Made by a program: the position numbers and the translations under genes. A stretch of DNA of 64,000 nucleotides from Candidatus Latescibacterota bacterium (GTDB lineage Bacteria > Latescibacterota > UBA2968 > UBA8231). Below the pieces are notes generated by a model, which searched no databases, was not told where the DNA came from, and saw only the letters and a program-made list of their open reading frames with translations. Positions 9,349 through 18,682 of this stretch are shown here, one piece after another (within the stretch, counting starts at the first letter, position 1; every line of letters begins with the position of its first letter). Location of the stretch: assembly GCA_965215195.1 (NCBI GenBank), contig CBDCDC010000002.1:4480001-4544000 (forward strand). The letters are read 5' to 3'.

Positions 9349-10737
9349 ATGATCATTACCCGTACCTCCATACTCTTGGTGCTCCTAACTACGCTCGTCC
9401 AGTGCGGCGACGACCGTGGGTTAGGACCGACTCCCGCGGAGGACGAGCGCGCCCTATCCGGCGGGGCGGCGACGGTCTTTGACGCCAGCAGTCTGGCGTT
9501 TGAAAACCCCATCCCCTCTTTGGACGGAATGGAAATGGACCGCTTTTTGGCCGGGGACGCAGCCTTTGAACAGGTCTTTGTCACCGCGCCGGCCGAAGTG
9601 GGGCATGGCCTAGGGCCGGTTTTCAATCAAACCTCGTGCGCGGGCTGTCACGCCCGCGATGGCCGGGGGCGCGAAGGGTTTGGCGCTACCGCCCCTTTTG
9701 TCGGCTCCATGCTCATGCGGGTCAGCTTGCCCGGCACCAACCCGGCCGTGCCGGGGGGACCGCAGCCGGTGCCGGGCTTTGGCGAACAGCTTGGGGATCG
9801 CGCCGTTTTTGGGGTCGCACCTGAAGCGCGGATCGACGTCACCTACTTTGAGGAGACCCGCCACTTTGCCGACGGCGCAGCGTACTCCCTGCGCTTTCCG
9901 GTTTACGATGTAGTGGACACCTATCAACCGCTTCCCGGGGATGCCCTGTTCTCGCCGCGCATGGCGCCGCCGGTTTTTGGCCGCGGCCTGCTCGAAGCCA
10001 TCCCGGCCGAGACCATTCTGGCACTAGCCGACCCGGGCGACCGCAATGGCGACGGCATATCCGGTCGCCCCAATCGAGTGTACAACTTCCGCACGCAACA
10101 GACTGAATTGGGCCGCTTTGGCCTCAAGGCCAACAATCCCGACTTGTTGCAGCAGGTCGCCGGGGCTTACCAACAGGACATGGGCATCACCAGCCCCTAT
10201 TTCCCCGAGGAATCTACGGCCGGCCAGCCGCAAATGGACGGCCAGCGGGACGACCCGGAAATCGGCCAAGAGACCCTAGATATCAACACCTTTTACGTGC
10301 AAACGCTAGCGGTGCCGGCCCGTCGCAACCTCGACGATCCGCAGGTTTTGCGCGGCCAAGAGGTCTTTGCTGCGGCCCAGTGCTCGGGGTGCCACATCCC
10401 CACCTTGCGGACGGGCCATCACGACGTTGCGGCCCTAGCCGACCAGACCATTCATCCCTACACGGATCTGCTGTTGCACGATATGGGGGAAGAGTTGGCC
10501 GACGACCGTCCCGACTTTGCGGCCAATGGCCGCGAATGGCGCACGCCGCCGCTGTGGGGCATTGGCCTGACGGCAACGGTCAATGGCATTCCAGCGTATC
10601 TGCACGATGGACGGGCGCGCACCCTGATGGAAGCCATCATGTTCCACGGCGGCGAGGCGGAAACAGCGCGGGAATTGGTGCGCCAACTCAATCGGAGCGA
10701 TCGGGACGCGCTCGTGGCCTTTTTGCAGTCGCTGTGA
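9349..10737 (+). CDS. Di-heme oxidoreductase family (DUF1111-like) lipoprotein
   Basis: GLGPVFN, CAGCH and CSGCH heme motifs, PYTDLLLHDMG, WRTPPLWGIG, YLHDGRARTL. Confidence 0.88.
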   Translation: MIITRTSILLVLLTTLVQCGDDRGLGPTPAEDERALSGGAATVFDASSLAFENPIPSLDGMEMDRFLAGDAAFEQVFVTAPAEVGHGLGPVFNQTSCAGCHARDGRGREGFGATAPFVGSMLMRVSLPGTNPAVPGGPQPVPGFGEQLGDRAVFGVAPEARIDVTYFEETRHFADGAAYSLRFPVYDVVDTYQPLPGDALFSPRMAPPVFGRGLLEAIPAETILALADPGDRNGDGISGRPNRVYNFRTQQTELGRFGLKANNPDLLQQVAGAYQQDMGITSPYFPEESTAGQPQMDGQRDDPEIGQETLDINTFYVQTLAVPARRNLDDPQVLRGQEVFAAAQCSGCHIPTLRTGHHDVAALADQTIHPYTDLLLHDMGEELADDRPDFAANGREWRTPPLWGIGLTATVNGIPAYLHDGRARTLMEAIMFHGGEAETARELVRQLNRSDRDALVAFLQSL

Positions 10738-10912
10738 TCGCGGCGTACAAGACGAACAGTACGACGTTAGCATAAAAAAATAAAAGAGGCTATTGGCTGC
10801 GCCTGCCAGCACTTCGCCAATAGCCCGTCGAGAACTCAGCGCCGATATGATCCGCACCGGTGTGCGCCGGCCCGGGCCTATCCGAGCTTTTTTGTCCTCT
10901 GTGAGGAACCTA

Positions 10913-13141
10913 ATGACTGACGCCCACGCCGTCAAAAAATCCGCAACGAAAAAAAATTGGCTCTGCAAATTACTGCTGAGCGGCATTTGCCTGACACCGC
11001 TTAGTCTAAGCGCCGCTCAGGTAGCGGGTATCATCGCGGACGCCGACTCCGCGTGGCCCCTCGCCCACGCCAACGTCGCAGTCTCCACCGGCGCGGCGGA
11101 TGCCATCACCGACTCGCTGGGGCGCTACGAACTGGAACTGCCGCCGGGCCGCTATCGGGTTGAGGTCCGCAGAATCGGCTACGGCCCCCAGAGCCGACAG
11201 ATAGAACTGCTCGCAGGACAAAACCTGCAACTCAATTTTGCGCTCAAAGTACAAGCCCTGCCCCAAGGGGCCACCCTGATCACGGCGACCGGCAGATCCA
11301 AGTCCGCAGCGGCTCTAACCGTGCCGGTGGCAATCATTCCCCGGGAAGCTATCGAACTGTCCAATGCGGAGAATGTCGCGGGCCTGCTCGAAGATGTGGC
11401 CGGACTCAACGTGCATTCCTCCCTGTACAGCTATCTCGGGTCTCCGTCCGGCGTCATGATCCAGGGCATCGATCCCAAGCGCATCTTGATCCTAGTTGAT
11501 GGCGAGCGAGTAATCGGCGGTCCGGGCGGGGTGATCGATCTGGACAAATTACCCGTCGGCCATGTCGAACGGATCGAAGTAGTGAAGGGGCCGCATTCCG
11601 CTCTGTACGGCAGCGAGGCCATGGGCGGAGTGGTCCACATCCTCACCCGCTCCCCGCAGGAGCGAAGCGGCGATGTCCGGTTTAGCTTGGGGTCCGGGGG
11701 CTTGACCGCGCTCGAAGGCCAAGCGGCCCTGACGCGCTCCGGCCTCTCCGCCTCCCTCACCGCCTCCAGAACGGCCCTCGCAGCCCTCGATCGCTCCCCA
11801 GCGGATCCCGACACCGACCTCGACGCCTACACCCAGCGCTTCACGCAAGGCAAACTGCGCTGGGAAGCGCGGCCCAACCTGTTGCTGCAAGGCTCGGCGC
11901 GCTGGCTCTCCCAAAACGAGGAGGGGGTTTCCAGCCAGTACTTCGTCCCGCTCGACAAAACCTACGTATGGCGCTATCCCGATCAGATGCAGCGGGTGGA
12001 CCTCGGCGCCGGTGCCGAGTGGCAGTGGGCCGAAGGAAGCACGGCCAATGCCGACGTCTTCCGCACCTATTTCGACAAGCTGAGCAGAGAGGAACTAATC
12101 GGCAGCCGCCAAGTGCGAGACCGGTCCACCGACAACGTGCTGACGAAGTACCAACTGCGCACCACCCACCTGTTGCGGCGTACGCACATCCTCACGGCCG
12201 GGTTGAAACACACGCGCGAAGAACTCGCAGTCGCGCTCGAACGCACCCTGCCCTTGGGCGAGCAACAGCACGCGGTGGAAGTGCCGCTGTCAAGCGTAGA
12301 TGTTGCGGAGGCATATATCCAAGACGATTGGCAGGTGGCGGGAAACACCGGCGTCGTGTGGGGTGCCCGCTATCAGTGGCACTCGCGCTACGGGTTCCAT
12401 CTGACGCCGAAAATCTCCTTTGCCCAGCGGCTTTCCGCGAGCTTGAGGGTGCGTGCTTCGTATGGCACTGGATACCGCGCCCCCTCCCTAAAGGAACTCC
12501 ACTTCATCTTTGACCACAGCAACTTAGGGTACAAGGTATTGGGCTCCCCCTCGCTGAAACCGGAACGGACCTATGGGCTGAACGCGGGCGCGGAGTTCGC
12601 GCCGCTGAAAGCGCTGGACCTGCGCGTCAATTACTTCCACAACCGCCTGCACAACCTCATCCAAACCGCGCTCGATCCTGAGCAGAGTTCCGGTTCGGTG
12701 GCGATCTATGCGTACGACAACGTGGGGCGCGCCACAACGCGCGGGATCGAGTGCGGCTTGAGTGCCCAGCTCGGCGACCGGCTCATGCTCAACGGCGGCT
12801 ATACCTATCTGCGCGCACGCGCTCAAGATGCCCAGCGCGATCTGCCGGGGCGACCGCGCCACGCCCTGCGCGTCCGGGCGAAGTGGACGACGCCCGGGAA
12901 GGGCCGCCTAGAGGTCAAGCTGCGCCGCGACAGCGCGGTGTGGGCCGATGCCGAAGCAACCCTGCGGTCGCCGGCCGGGAGCGAGTGGGACGTGAACGCG
13001 GAGCAGCCCCTGTGGGGTTCCAGCGCCTTGAGCTTGGGCATTGAAAATCTCCTCGACAACCGCAGAGACCTAAGTCGCCCCGGCGACCTGCGCTCCGTGA
13101 GAGGCCGAGCCGTGCGCGGCGGCCTGCGAGTGCAGTTGTGA
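10913..13141 (+). CDS. TonB-dependent receptor, probably heme/iron
   Basis: N-terminal extension, plug motif ILILVDG...IERIEVVKGPHSALYGSEAMGGVV, YRAPSLKEL, terminal beta-strand; GAGGAA RBS. Confidence 0.88.
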   Translation: MTDAHAVKKSATKKNWLCKLLLSGICLTPLSLSAAQVAGIIADADSAWPLAHANVAVSTGAADAITDSLGRYELELPPGRYRVEVRRIGYGPQSRQIELLAGQNLQLNFALKVQALPQGATLITATGRSKSAAALTVPVAIIPREAIELSNAENVAGLLEDVAGLNVHSSLYSYLGSPSGVMIQGIDPKRILILVDGERVIGGPGGVIDLDKLPVGHVERIEVVKGPHSALYGSEAMGGVVHILTRSPQERSGDVRFSLGSGGLTALEGQAALTRSGLSASLTASRTALAALDRSPADPDTDLDAYTQRFTQGKLRWEARPNLLLQGSARWLSQNEEGVSSQYFVPLDKTYVWRYPDQMQRVDLGAGAEWQWAEGSTANADVFRTYFDKLSREELIGSRQVRDRSTDNVLTKYQLRTTHLLRRTHILTAGLKHTREELAVALERTLPLGEQQHAVEVPLSSVDVAEAYIQDDWQVAGNTGVVWGARYQWHSRYGFHLTPKISFAQRLSASLRVRASYGTGYRAPSLKELHFIFDHSNLGYKVLGSPSLKPERTYGLNAGAEFAPLKALDLRVNYFHNRLHNLIQTALDPEQSSGSVAIYAYDNVGRATTRGIECGLSAQLGDRLMLNGGYTYLRARAQDAQRDLPGRPRHALRVRAKWTTPGKGRLEVKLRRDSAVWADAEATLRSPAGSEWDVNAEQPLWGSSALSLGIENLLDNRRDLSRPGDLRSVRGRAVRGGLRVQL

Positions 13142-13329
13142 GGCCGCGTGTGAAAGGAGCAGAGTTCCTCGTCGACCCCTTTGCGCCGGACGCCAGCTAC
13201 CTGCTGTGGAAAATGGAGAACGACCCGCGCATAGAGGGAAATCGCATGCCCATGTTCGCACTCCCCATGTTAGAAGAGGAGATTCAGCCAGTGCGGACGT
13301 GGATTAGCGAAGGCGCGTTTCCGCAATAA
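13138..13329 (+). pseudogene. C-terminal fragment of a planctomycete-type cytochrome c-like domain
   Basis: VDPFAPDASYLLWKM...RMP...EEEIQPVRTWISEGA, without CxxCH or signal peptide. Confidence 0.45.
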
Positions 13330-13368
13330 TCCGATTTCACCATTTGCTATCCCAAGGAGGGACACCTC

Positions 13369-14496
13369 ATGCAACGCATTCGCTTTACCGCCTTTATCAC
13401 GTTGCTGGCAGCGCTGAGCGCACCGGCCTTCGGCAAATCGACCACCCAGCTCGACAACGGCGATTTCCTCACGGTGATCGACGCCACCGCAGGCGGTGCT
13501 TTTACCACCGAACCCCGCGACTTTACCTACTTCAGCTTCGCACTGCAAGACGTGGTCGCGCTCACCGATGCCGAGGCAGTGCAATCGGCCGAGTGGCACA
13601 TCGCCTTCAAGCGCAGCGAGATCCGGCTCAACGGCGGCATCAGCGGCCCGGGCAACGTCAGGGGTTTTGATCTTATGGATGCCGAGGACGTCATCGCGGA
13701 AGAAGCCTTCGACGCGATCACCTCAACGGACGTTCCCGCGGCCGACGCCTTCATCGCCGACGGGCCGGCCTACGCCATTGGCGAGTGGTACTCGTACAAT
13801 TCGTCAGCGCACCGCATTGAGGCCTCCGGCCACGCCTACGAGTTGCGCACTGCCAACGGCCAGTTCGCCAAGTTCGTCGTTGATGCCATAGAAGGAGCCA
13901 GTCGCGCGGACGCCGGTCGCATCGCCTTCCGCTGGGTCGTGGCCGACGGCACGGATCTGACGGGTGCGGTGCGCAGCGCCACTGCGGACGTGAGCGAGGG
14001 TAAGGAGGTGTACTTCAACCTGACTGCGGGAGAGCAGGTCGCCCCGGCCGATTTAAGCACTTCCACGGACTGGGACCTGCACTTCTCCGGCTACGTCATC
14101 CGCCTCAACGGCGGCATCAGCGGCCCCGGCCAAGGCGGCGCATTCCCCGCCTATCAGACCGAGCAAACCTTCGAGGACATCGCCGAGGCCATGGGATTTG
14201 GATACTTCGCCGACAAATCGGGCTCGGCCTTCAGCAGCGACACCGGCGAGTGGTACAGCTACGACAGCACCACCCATTTCCTATCGACGCGGAATCACGT
14301 GTACGTCATCGACACCGGCGCGGGGTTCTACAAGATGCAGCTTCTCAGCTACTACCGGGAGGTCGAAGGCTCGCCGGTGTCGGGGTTCATCACCTTCCGC
14401 TGGCGTCCGCTCACAGACGAGCCGGGGACCGCAGTCCAATTTTTGAGTTGGGGCCAACTCAAGGCAAGGAAGTGGTCCGCAACCGGCGGCCACTAA
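13369..14496 (+). CDS. hmuY: Tandem-domain HmuY family heme-binding protein
   Basis: Two units with W(H/D)(I/L)xF..IRLNGGISGPG..WYSY; YKMQLLSYY..SGFITFRW; signal peptide; AAGGAGG RBS. Confidence 0.8.
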   Translation: MQRIRFTAFITLLAALSAPAFGKSTTQLDNGDFLTVIDATAGGAFTTEPRDFTYFSFALQDVVALTDAEAVQSAEWHIAFKRSEIRLNGGISGPGNVRGFDLMDAEDVIAEEAFDAITSTDVPAADAFIADGPAYAIGEWYSYNSSAHRIEASGHAYELRTANGQFAKFVVDAIEGASRADAGRIAFRWVVADGTDLTGAVRSATADVSEGKEVYFNLTAGEQVAPADLSTSTDWDLHFSGYVIRLNGGISGPGQGGAFPAYQTEQTFEDIAEAMGFGYFADKSGSAFSSDTGEWYSYDSTTHFLSTRNHVYVIDTGAGFYKMQLLSYYREVEGSPVSGFITFRWRPLTDEPGTAVQFLSWGQLKARKWSATGGH

Positions 14497-14592
14497 CCAC
14501 TGACCACTAAAAAACCACAGGGAAAAAGTTTTTCCTAAAGCCCAGTTCGTCCTGCCCCAGCCGGACGACCATCTCAACTAAGAGGAGATAAC

Positions 14593-15633
14593 ATGACTAC
14601 CACAGCGCCAGCGAGCAGAGGCGACTGGAATACGTTCCGACGTGCCAATCCGAGGGTGCGCATCCGCGACGCAGCCGAGCAATTGGGCGTGAGTGAAGCT
14701 GAGTTAGTGGCCACTTCCTGCGGCGAAGGCGCGATCCGCCTACGGGCCGAGTGGCCGCAGTTCATCCAGCGCCTCGAAAGCCTCGGCCCGGTCATGGCCC
14801 TCACGCGCAACGCCCACGCAGTACACGAAAAACGCGGCGCGTTCCGCGATGTCCACTTTCACGGCCAAATGGGATTGGTCCTCGATGAAGGCATTGATCT
14901 ACGCCTGTTCATGAACCACTGGCATCTCGGCTTTGCCGTGGAGCAGGAAGGCCGCAAAACCTCTCTGCGCGGCTTCCAGTTTTTCGACCGCCACGGCACC
15001 GCAGTCCACAAAGTGTACTTGACCGCCGCGAGCGACCAGATGGCCTACCAGCAGCTAATCGACGAATTCGCCAGCGACGATCAGTCGCCCGTGCAGTGCG
15101 TCTGTCCGACCATGCCCCCAGTGCCGGACCAAGCAGACGCCGCCATTGACGTAGCCGGGCTGGAAGCGGCTTGGAATGCCCTCGAAGACGCGCACGACTT
15201 TCACCGGCTCCTCGCCCAATTCCACGTCGGGCGCGTTCAGGCCCTGCGCTTGGTCGACGACTCGCTGGCCTGCCGCGTCGCCCCATCCAGCCTGAGCGAG
15301 GTGCTGCATATCGCGGCCCGGGACCAGTTGGCCATCATGGTTTTCGTCGCCAGTCCCGGAGTGATCCAGATCCATTCGGGACTGATCCACACCGTCAAAC
15401 CGACCGGCCCTTGGCTCAACGTCCTCGACGACGACTTCAACCTACACATCAGAGAGGACCGCGTGGACTCAGCTTGGGTCGTGCAAAAACCAACCCGCGA
15501 GGGCGCGGTCCTCAGTCTGGAGTTGTACGATAGCGAGGGCGAAACCATTGCCCTGCTCTTTGCCCGGCGCAAGCAAGGCCGAGCTACCGTAGAAGCCTAT
15601 AATGCCGCGCTGGCGGTGCTCAAGCGAGTATAA
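14593..15633 (+). CDS. hmuS: Hemin-degrading/transport factor HmuS/ChuS
   Basis: RIRDAAEQLGVSEAELVA, MALTRNAHAVHE, IDLRLF, FNLH. Confidence 0.92.
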   Translation: MTTTAPASRGDWNTFRRANPRVRIRDAAEQLGVSEAELVATSCGEGAIRLRAEWPQFIQRLESLGPVMALTRNAHAVHEKRGAFRDVHFHGQMGLVLDEGIDLRLFMNHWHLGFAVEQEGRKTSLRGFQFFDRHGTAVHKVYLTAASDQMAYQQLIDEFASDDQSPVQCVCPTMPPVPDQADAAIDVAGLEAAWNALEDAHDFHRLLAQFHVGRVQALRLVDDSLACRVAPSSLSEVLHIAARDQLAIMVFVASPGVIQIHSGLIHTVKPTGPWLNVLDDDFNLHIREDRVDSAWVVQKPTREGAVLSLELYDSEGETIALLFARRKQGRATVEAYNAALAVLKRV

Positions 15634-15638
15634 TCACC

Positions 15639-16481
15639 ATGAAATGGATACTATGCTTAGGACTAATGACCGCCCTGTTGGGATCAACATGCGACGCCGC
15701 GGCCATGCGCATCGTCACCCTCGGCGGGACCATCACCGAGATCGTCTTCGCCTTGGGCGCCGGCGAGCGCGTAGTGGGCGTGGATGCCTCCAGTTCCTTT
15801 CCCGAGGCAGCAAACCAGTTGCCCAAGGTCGCCTATCACCGCCGCCTCTCGGCCGAGGGCGTACTCTCTCTGAGACCAACGCTCATTATCGCTACCACCG
15901 AAGCCGGCCCTCCCGCAGCCATTCAACAGCTCGGGGAGGCCGGAGTAACAGTACTCGTCCTGCCCCACGAACCTACGGTAGAGGGGGCCAGCGCCAAGAT
16001 CGAACGCATCGCCGCCGCGTTGGGAGTCCAAGCGCGCGGTGCGGCGCTGATGCAAAACCTCAAAGAGGAACTGAGTCAGGTACAATCCTCCATTCCACAA
16101 ACAGCGGCCCAAGCCAAAATTCTCTTTCTCTACGCCCGCGGCCAAGGCACGCTGATGGTCGCCGGCCAAGGCACCGCCGCCGATACCATGATCGGCCTAG
16201 CCGGCGGCACCAACGCCGTCCAAGGCTATAGCGGATACAAGCCGCTCACCTCCGAAGCGGCCGTCGCCGCCGCACCCGATGTCATTCTGCTCATGGACAA
16301 TGGCTTGGAGAGCATCGGCGGTGCCCAGAGGCTCTGGCAATTACCGGGGCTTGCGCTGACGCCAGCGGGTCAGCAAGGTCGAGTCCTGTCGATGGATGGG
16401 CTTTTCTTGTTGGGATTTGGCCCCCGTCTGGGCCAAGCGGTGCTGGCGTTGAACCGAGCTTTGTACGACGCGGAAAAATGA
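15639..16481 (+). CDS. hmuT: Hemin ABC transporter substrate-binding protein
   Basis: RIVTLGGTITEIVFALG, heme-ligand Tyr in VAYHRRLSAEG, LLGFGPR. Confidence 0.88.
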   Translation: MKWILCLGLMTALLGSTCDAAAMRIVTLGGTITEIVFALGAGERVVGVDASSSFPEAANQLPKVAYHRRLSAEGVLSLRPTLIIATTEAGPPAAIQQLGEAGVTVLVLPHEPTVEGASAKIERIAAALGVQARGAALMQNLKEELSQVQSSIPQTAAQAKILFLYARGQGTLMVAGQGTAADTMIGLAGGTNAVQGYSGYKPLTSEAAVAAAPDVILLMDNGLESIGGAQRLWQLPGLALTPAGQQGRVLSMDGLFLLGFGPRLGQAVLALNRALYDAEK

Positions 16482-17566
16482 CTTCGATTGAAGCAGCCGA
16501 GCCTTCCCCGCACCAAGCTAGTCGCCGCTTATTGCCGGTCGGGGAAAAGGGCACGCTAGGCCTGCTGGTCCTAACAGTCCTGCTAGGGCTGCTGAGCATA
16601 GTGTGCCTTGGAACGGGTGCTGTCTCCATGGCCCCCGGCCAAGTGCTAGCCGTGCTCGGCAAGGGGCTAGACTTGACCCTGCCTTGGGCTTTTGAGCCCC
16701 ACCACGAGGCCATCGTCCTGAGCATTCGCCTGCCGCGTATTTTGCTGGGCATATTGATCGGCGGCGGTCTCGCCGTGGCGGGTGCCGCCATGCAGGGCCT
16801 GTTTCGCAATCCCCTAGCCGATCCCGGTCTCATCGGCGTTTCGAGTGGCGCGGCGGTCGCCGCGGTGGCGACCATTGTTCTGGGGGCGACCCAGACGCTG
16901 GGGCCTTTTGCCCTGTCCATTGCTGCTTTTGGCGGCGGTGCCGCCGCGACCTTGCTGGTCTATCGCCTGTCGTTGGTCCACGGCAGCGTCTCCGTATCCA
17001 CCATGCTGCTGGCCGGCATTGCCATCAACGCCGTGGCCGGCGCCATCACCGGGGTATTCACTTTTGTGGCGGACGACGCCCAACTGAGGAGCCTGACGTT
17101 CTGGAGTATGGGCAGTCTGGGTGGAGCTACTTGGCCTGCGGTGGCCGCGGCTGCGCCGTTCACCGGCCTTGCGACCTTGGCGGTGTTGCGCTACGCCCGG
17201 CCCCTCAACGCCCTGCTGCTGGGCGAGGCCGAAGCCGGCCATCTCGGCTGCAATGTCGATCGCCTCAAGCGTTCCGTCGTCCTCTTGGTCGCTTTGTCTG
17301 TGGGAGCGGCGGTCGCCGTGGCCGGTATCATCGGCTTTGTCGGTCTGGTCGTGCCCCACCTGCTGCGTCTCACCCTCGGGCCGGACCACCGCTTTCTGCT
17401 CCCCGGGGCCGCCCTTTTGGGCGCTAGTTTACTCCTAGGGGCCGATCTCATCGCCCGCACCTTGGTAGCCCCGGCCGAACTCCCCATCGGCATTGTGACC
17501 GCGATAATCGGCGGCCCTTTCTTCATGTACTTGCTGCAACGCGGGCGACGCTTGGGAAAATTCTGA
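16478..17566 (+). CDS. hmuU: Hemin ABC transporter permease
   Basis: IRLPR, QGLFRNPLADP, GIIGFVGLVVPH. Confidence 0.9.
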   Translation: MTSIEAAEPSPHQASRRLLPVGEKGTLGLLVLTVLLGLLSIVCLGTGAVSMAPGQVLAVLGKGLDLTLPWAFEPHHEAIVLSIRLPRILLGILIGGGLAVAGAAMQGLFRNPLADPGLIGVSSGAAVAAVATIVLGATQTLGPFALSIAAFGGGAAATLLVYRLSLVHGSVSVSTMLLAGIAINAVAGAITGVFTFVADDAQLRSLTFWSMGSLGGATWPAVAAAAPFTGLATLAVLRYARPLNALLLGEAEAGHLGCNVDRLKRSVVLLVALSVGAAVAVAGIIGFVGLVVPHLLRLTLGPDHRFLLPGAALLGASLLLGADLIARTLVAPAELPIGIVTAIIGGPFFMYLLQRGRRLGKF

Positions 17567-18357
17567 TGCTCGAAGGCCGCAATATACACGTAGTCTTGGA
17601 TGGGAACACCCTGCTCGAAGATGTGTCCATCCACGTGCGACCCGGCCAAGTGGTGGCGGTTCTGGGACCCAATGGCGCGGGTAAATCCACCCTGTTGAAG
17701 GTATTGTGCGGGGATTGGTCCCCCACCAAGGGAACGGTGTCGATGGAAGGGCGCGTACTGGCATCTTGGGACAAAAAGGCCAGCGCCCAAATCCGCGCGG
17801 TCTTGCCGCAGCAATCCAGCTTGAGTTTTCCCTTCCGAGTGCTCGAAGTGGCACTCATGGGCCGAAGCCCTCATCTGCGCGGCCCTGAAACGCAGCGGGA
17901 TTACGCCATCGTGCGAGCGGCCTTGCAGGAGGCCGGCGTCAATCACCTAGAAGGTCGCCTCTACCCGACCCTGTCGGGGGGAGAAGGACAACGCGTACAC
18001 TTGGGAAGGGTGTTGGCGCAAATCTGGGAAGCGGTGTACCAGACACCACGCTATCTACTGCTGGACGAACCCACGTCCAGTTTGGACTTGGCCCATCAAC
18101 ACCACATCTTGACCGTAGCGCGGGCATTTGCCGAGCGGCAAGTGGGCGTACTGGTGGTGCTGCACGACCTCAACTTAGCGGCCCAATACGCCGATCGCGT
18201 CCTGCTGCTGAAAGAGGGCCGCGAGGTGGCCACAGGCTCTCCCGAGCAAGTGCTGCAAGCCGAAATAATAGAAGCCGTTTACGAAATCCCAATAGCGGTC
18301 ATTCCCCACCCGCACAGATCCTGCCCACTGGTCGTTCCCGTGGCTAGTAAAAGGTAG
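17566..18357 (+). CDS. hmuV: Hemin ABC transporter ATPase
   Basis: GPNGAGKST, LSGGE, LLLDEPTSSLDLAHQ, HDLNLAA. Confidence 0.92.
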   Translation: MLEGRNIHVVLDGNTLLEDVSIHVRPGQVVAVLGPNGAGKSTLLKVLCGDWSPTKGTVSMEGRVLASWDKKASAQIRAVLPQQSSLSFPFRVLEVALMGRSPHLRGPETQRDYAIVRAALQEAGVNHLEGRLYPTLSGGEGQRVHLGRVLAQIWEAVYQTPRYLLLDEPTSSLDLAHQHHILTVARAFAERQVGVLVVLHDLNLAAQYADRVLLLKEGREVATGSPEQVLQAEIIEAVYEIPIAVIPHPHRSCPLVVPVASKR

Positions 18358-18361
18358 ATCA

Positions 18362-18680
18362 ATGGAGACAAAAAAAGTGAAAATCGAACGCGGTAGCGGA
18401 AACGTATTCGCGGACTTGGGGTGCCCTGAGGCGGAGGCTCATCTGTTGAAGGCCGAGCTCGTCACCCGCATTGACAACATTATTCGCCAGCGCGGACTCA
18501 AGCAGGTTGAGGCGGCGAAGTTGCTCGGACTGTCCCTCTGCGGGGGAATTTTCGCGAGTACTCCGTAGAGCGCCTCCTGCGCCTTTTGACGGCACTTGGA
18601 CGCAACGTAGAAATCGTCATCCGCGAGCCCCGTTCACAGCGACCGGGCCGAGCGACCCCGGAGAAAGCGAACTTAGACGA
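18362..18680 (+). pseudogene. XRE/HTH_37-type antitoxin gene, frameshifted
   Basis: SGNVFADLG...AAKLLGLS, then a frame change near 18536 to LRGNFREYSVERLLRLLTALGRNVEIVIR. The usual QPDVSRL segment is absent. Confidence 0.8.
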
Positions 18681-18682
18681 CC

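Noticed and set aside
8094-10885. Peptide-like similarity IGPGRKSPVRWIS (8095 region, +) versus IGPGRRTPVRIIS (10850 region, -)
   Set aside because: Both are short GC-rich intergenic hairpins in non-credible ORFs on opposite strands; probably chance.
14491-14510. CCACT(A/G)A heptamer run
   Set aside because: Only about three units; too short to call an array.
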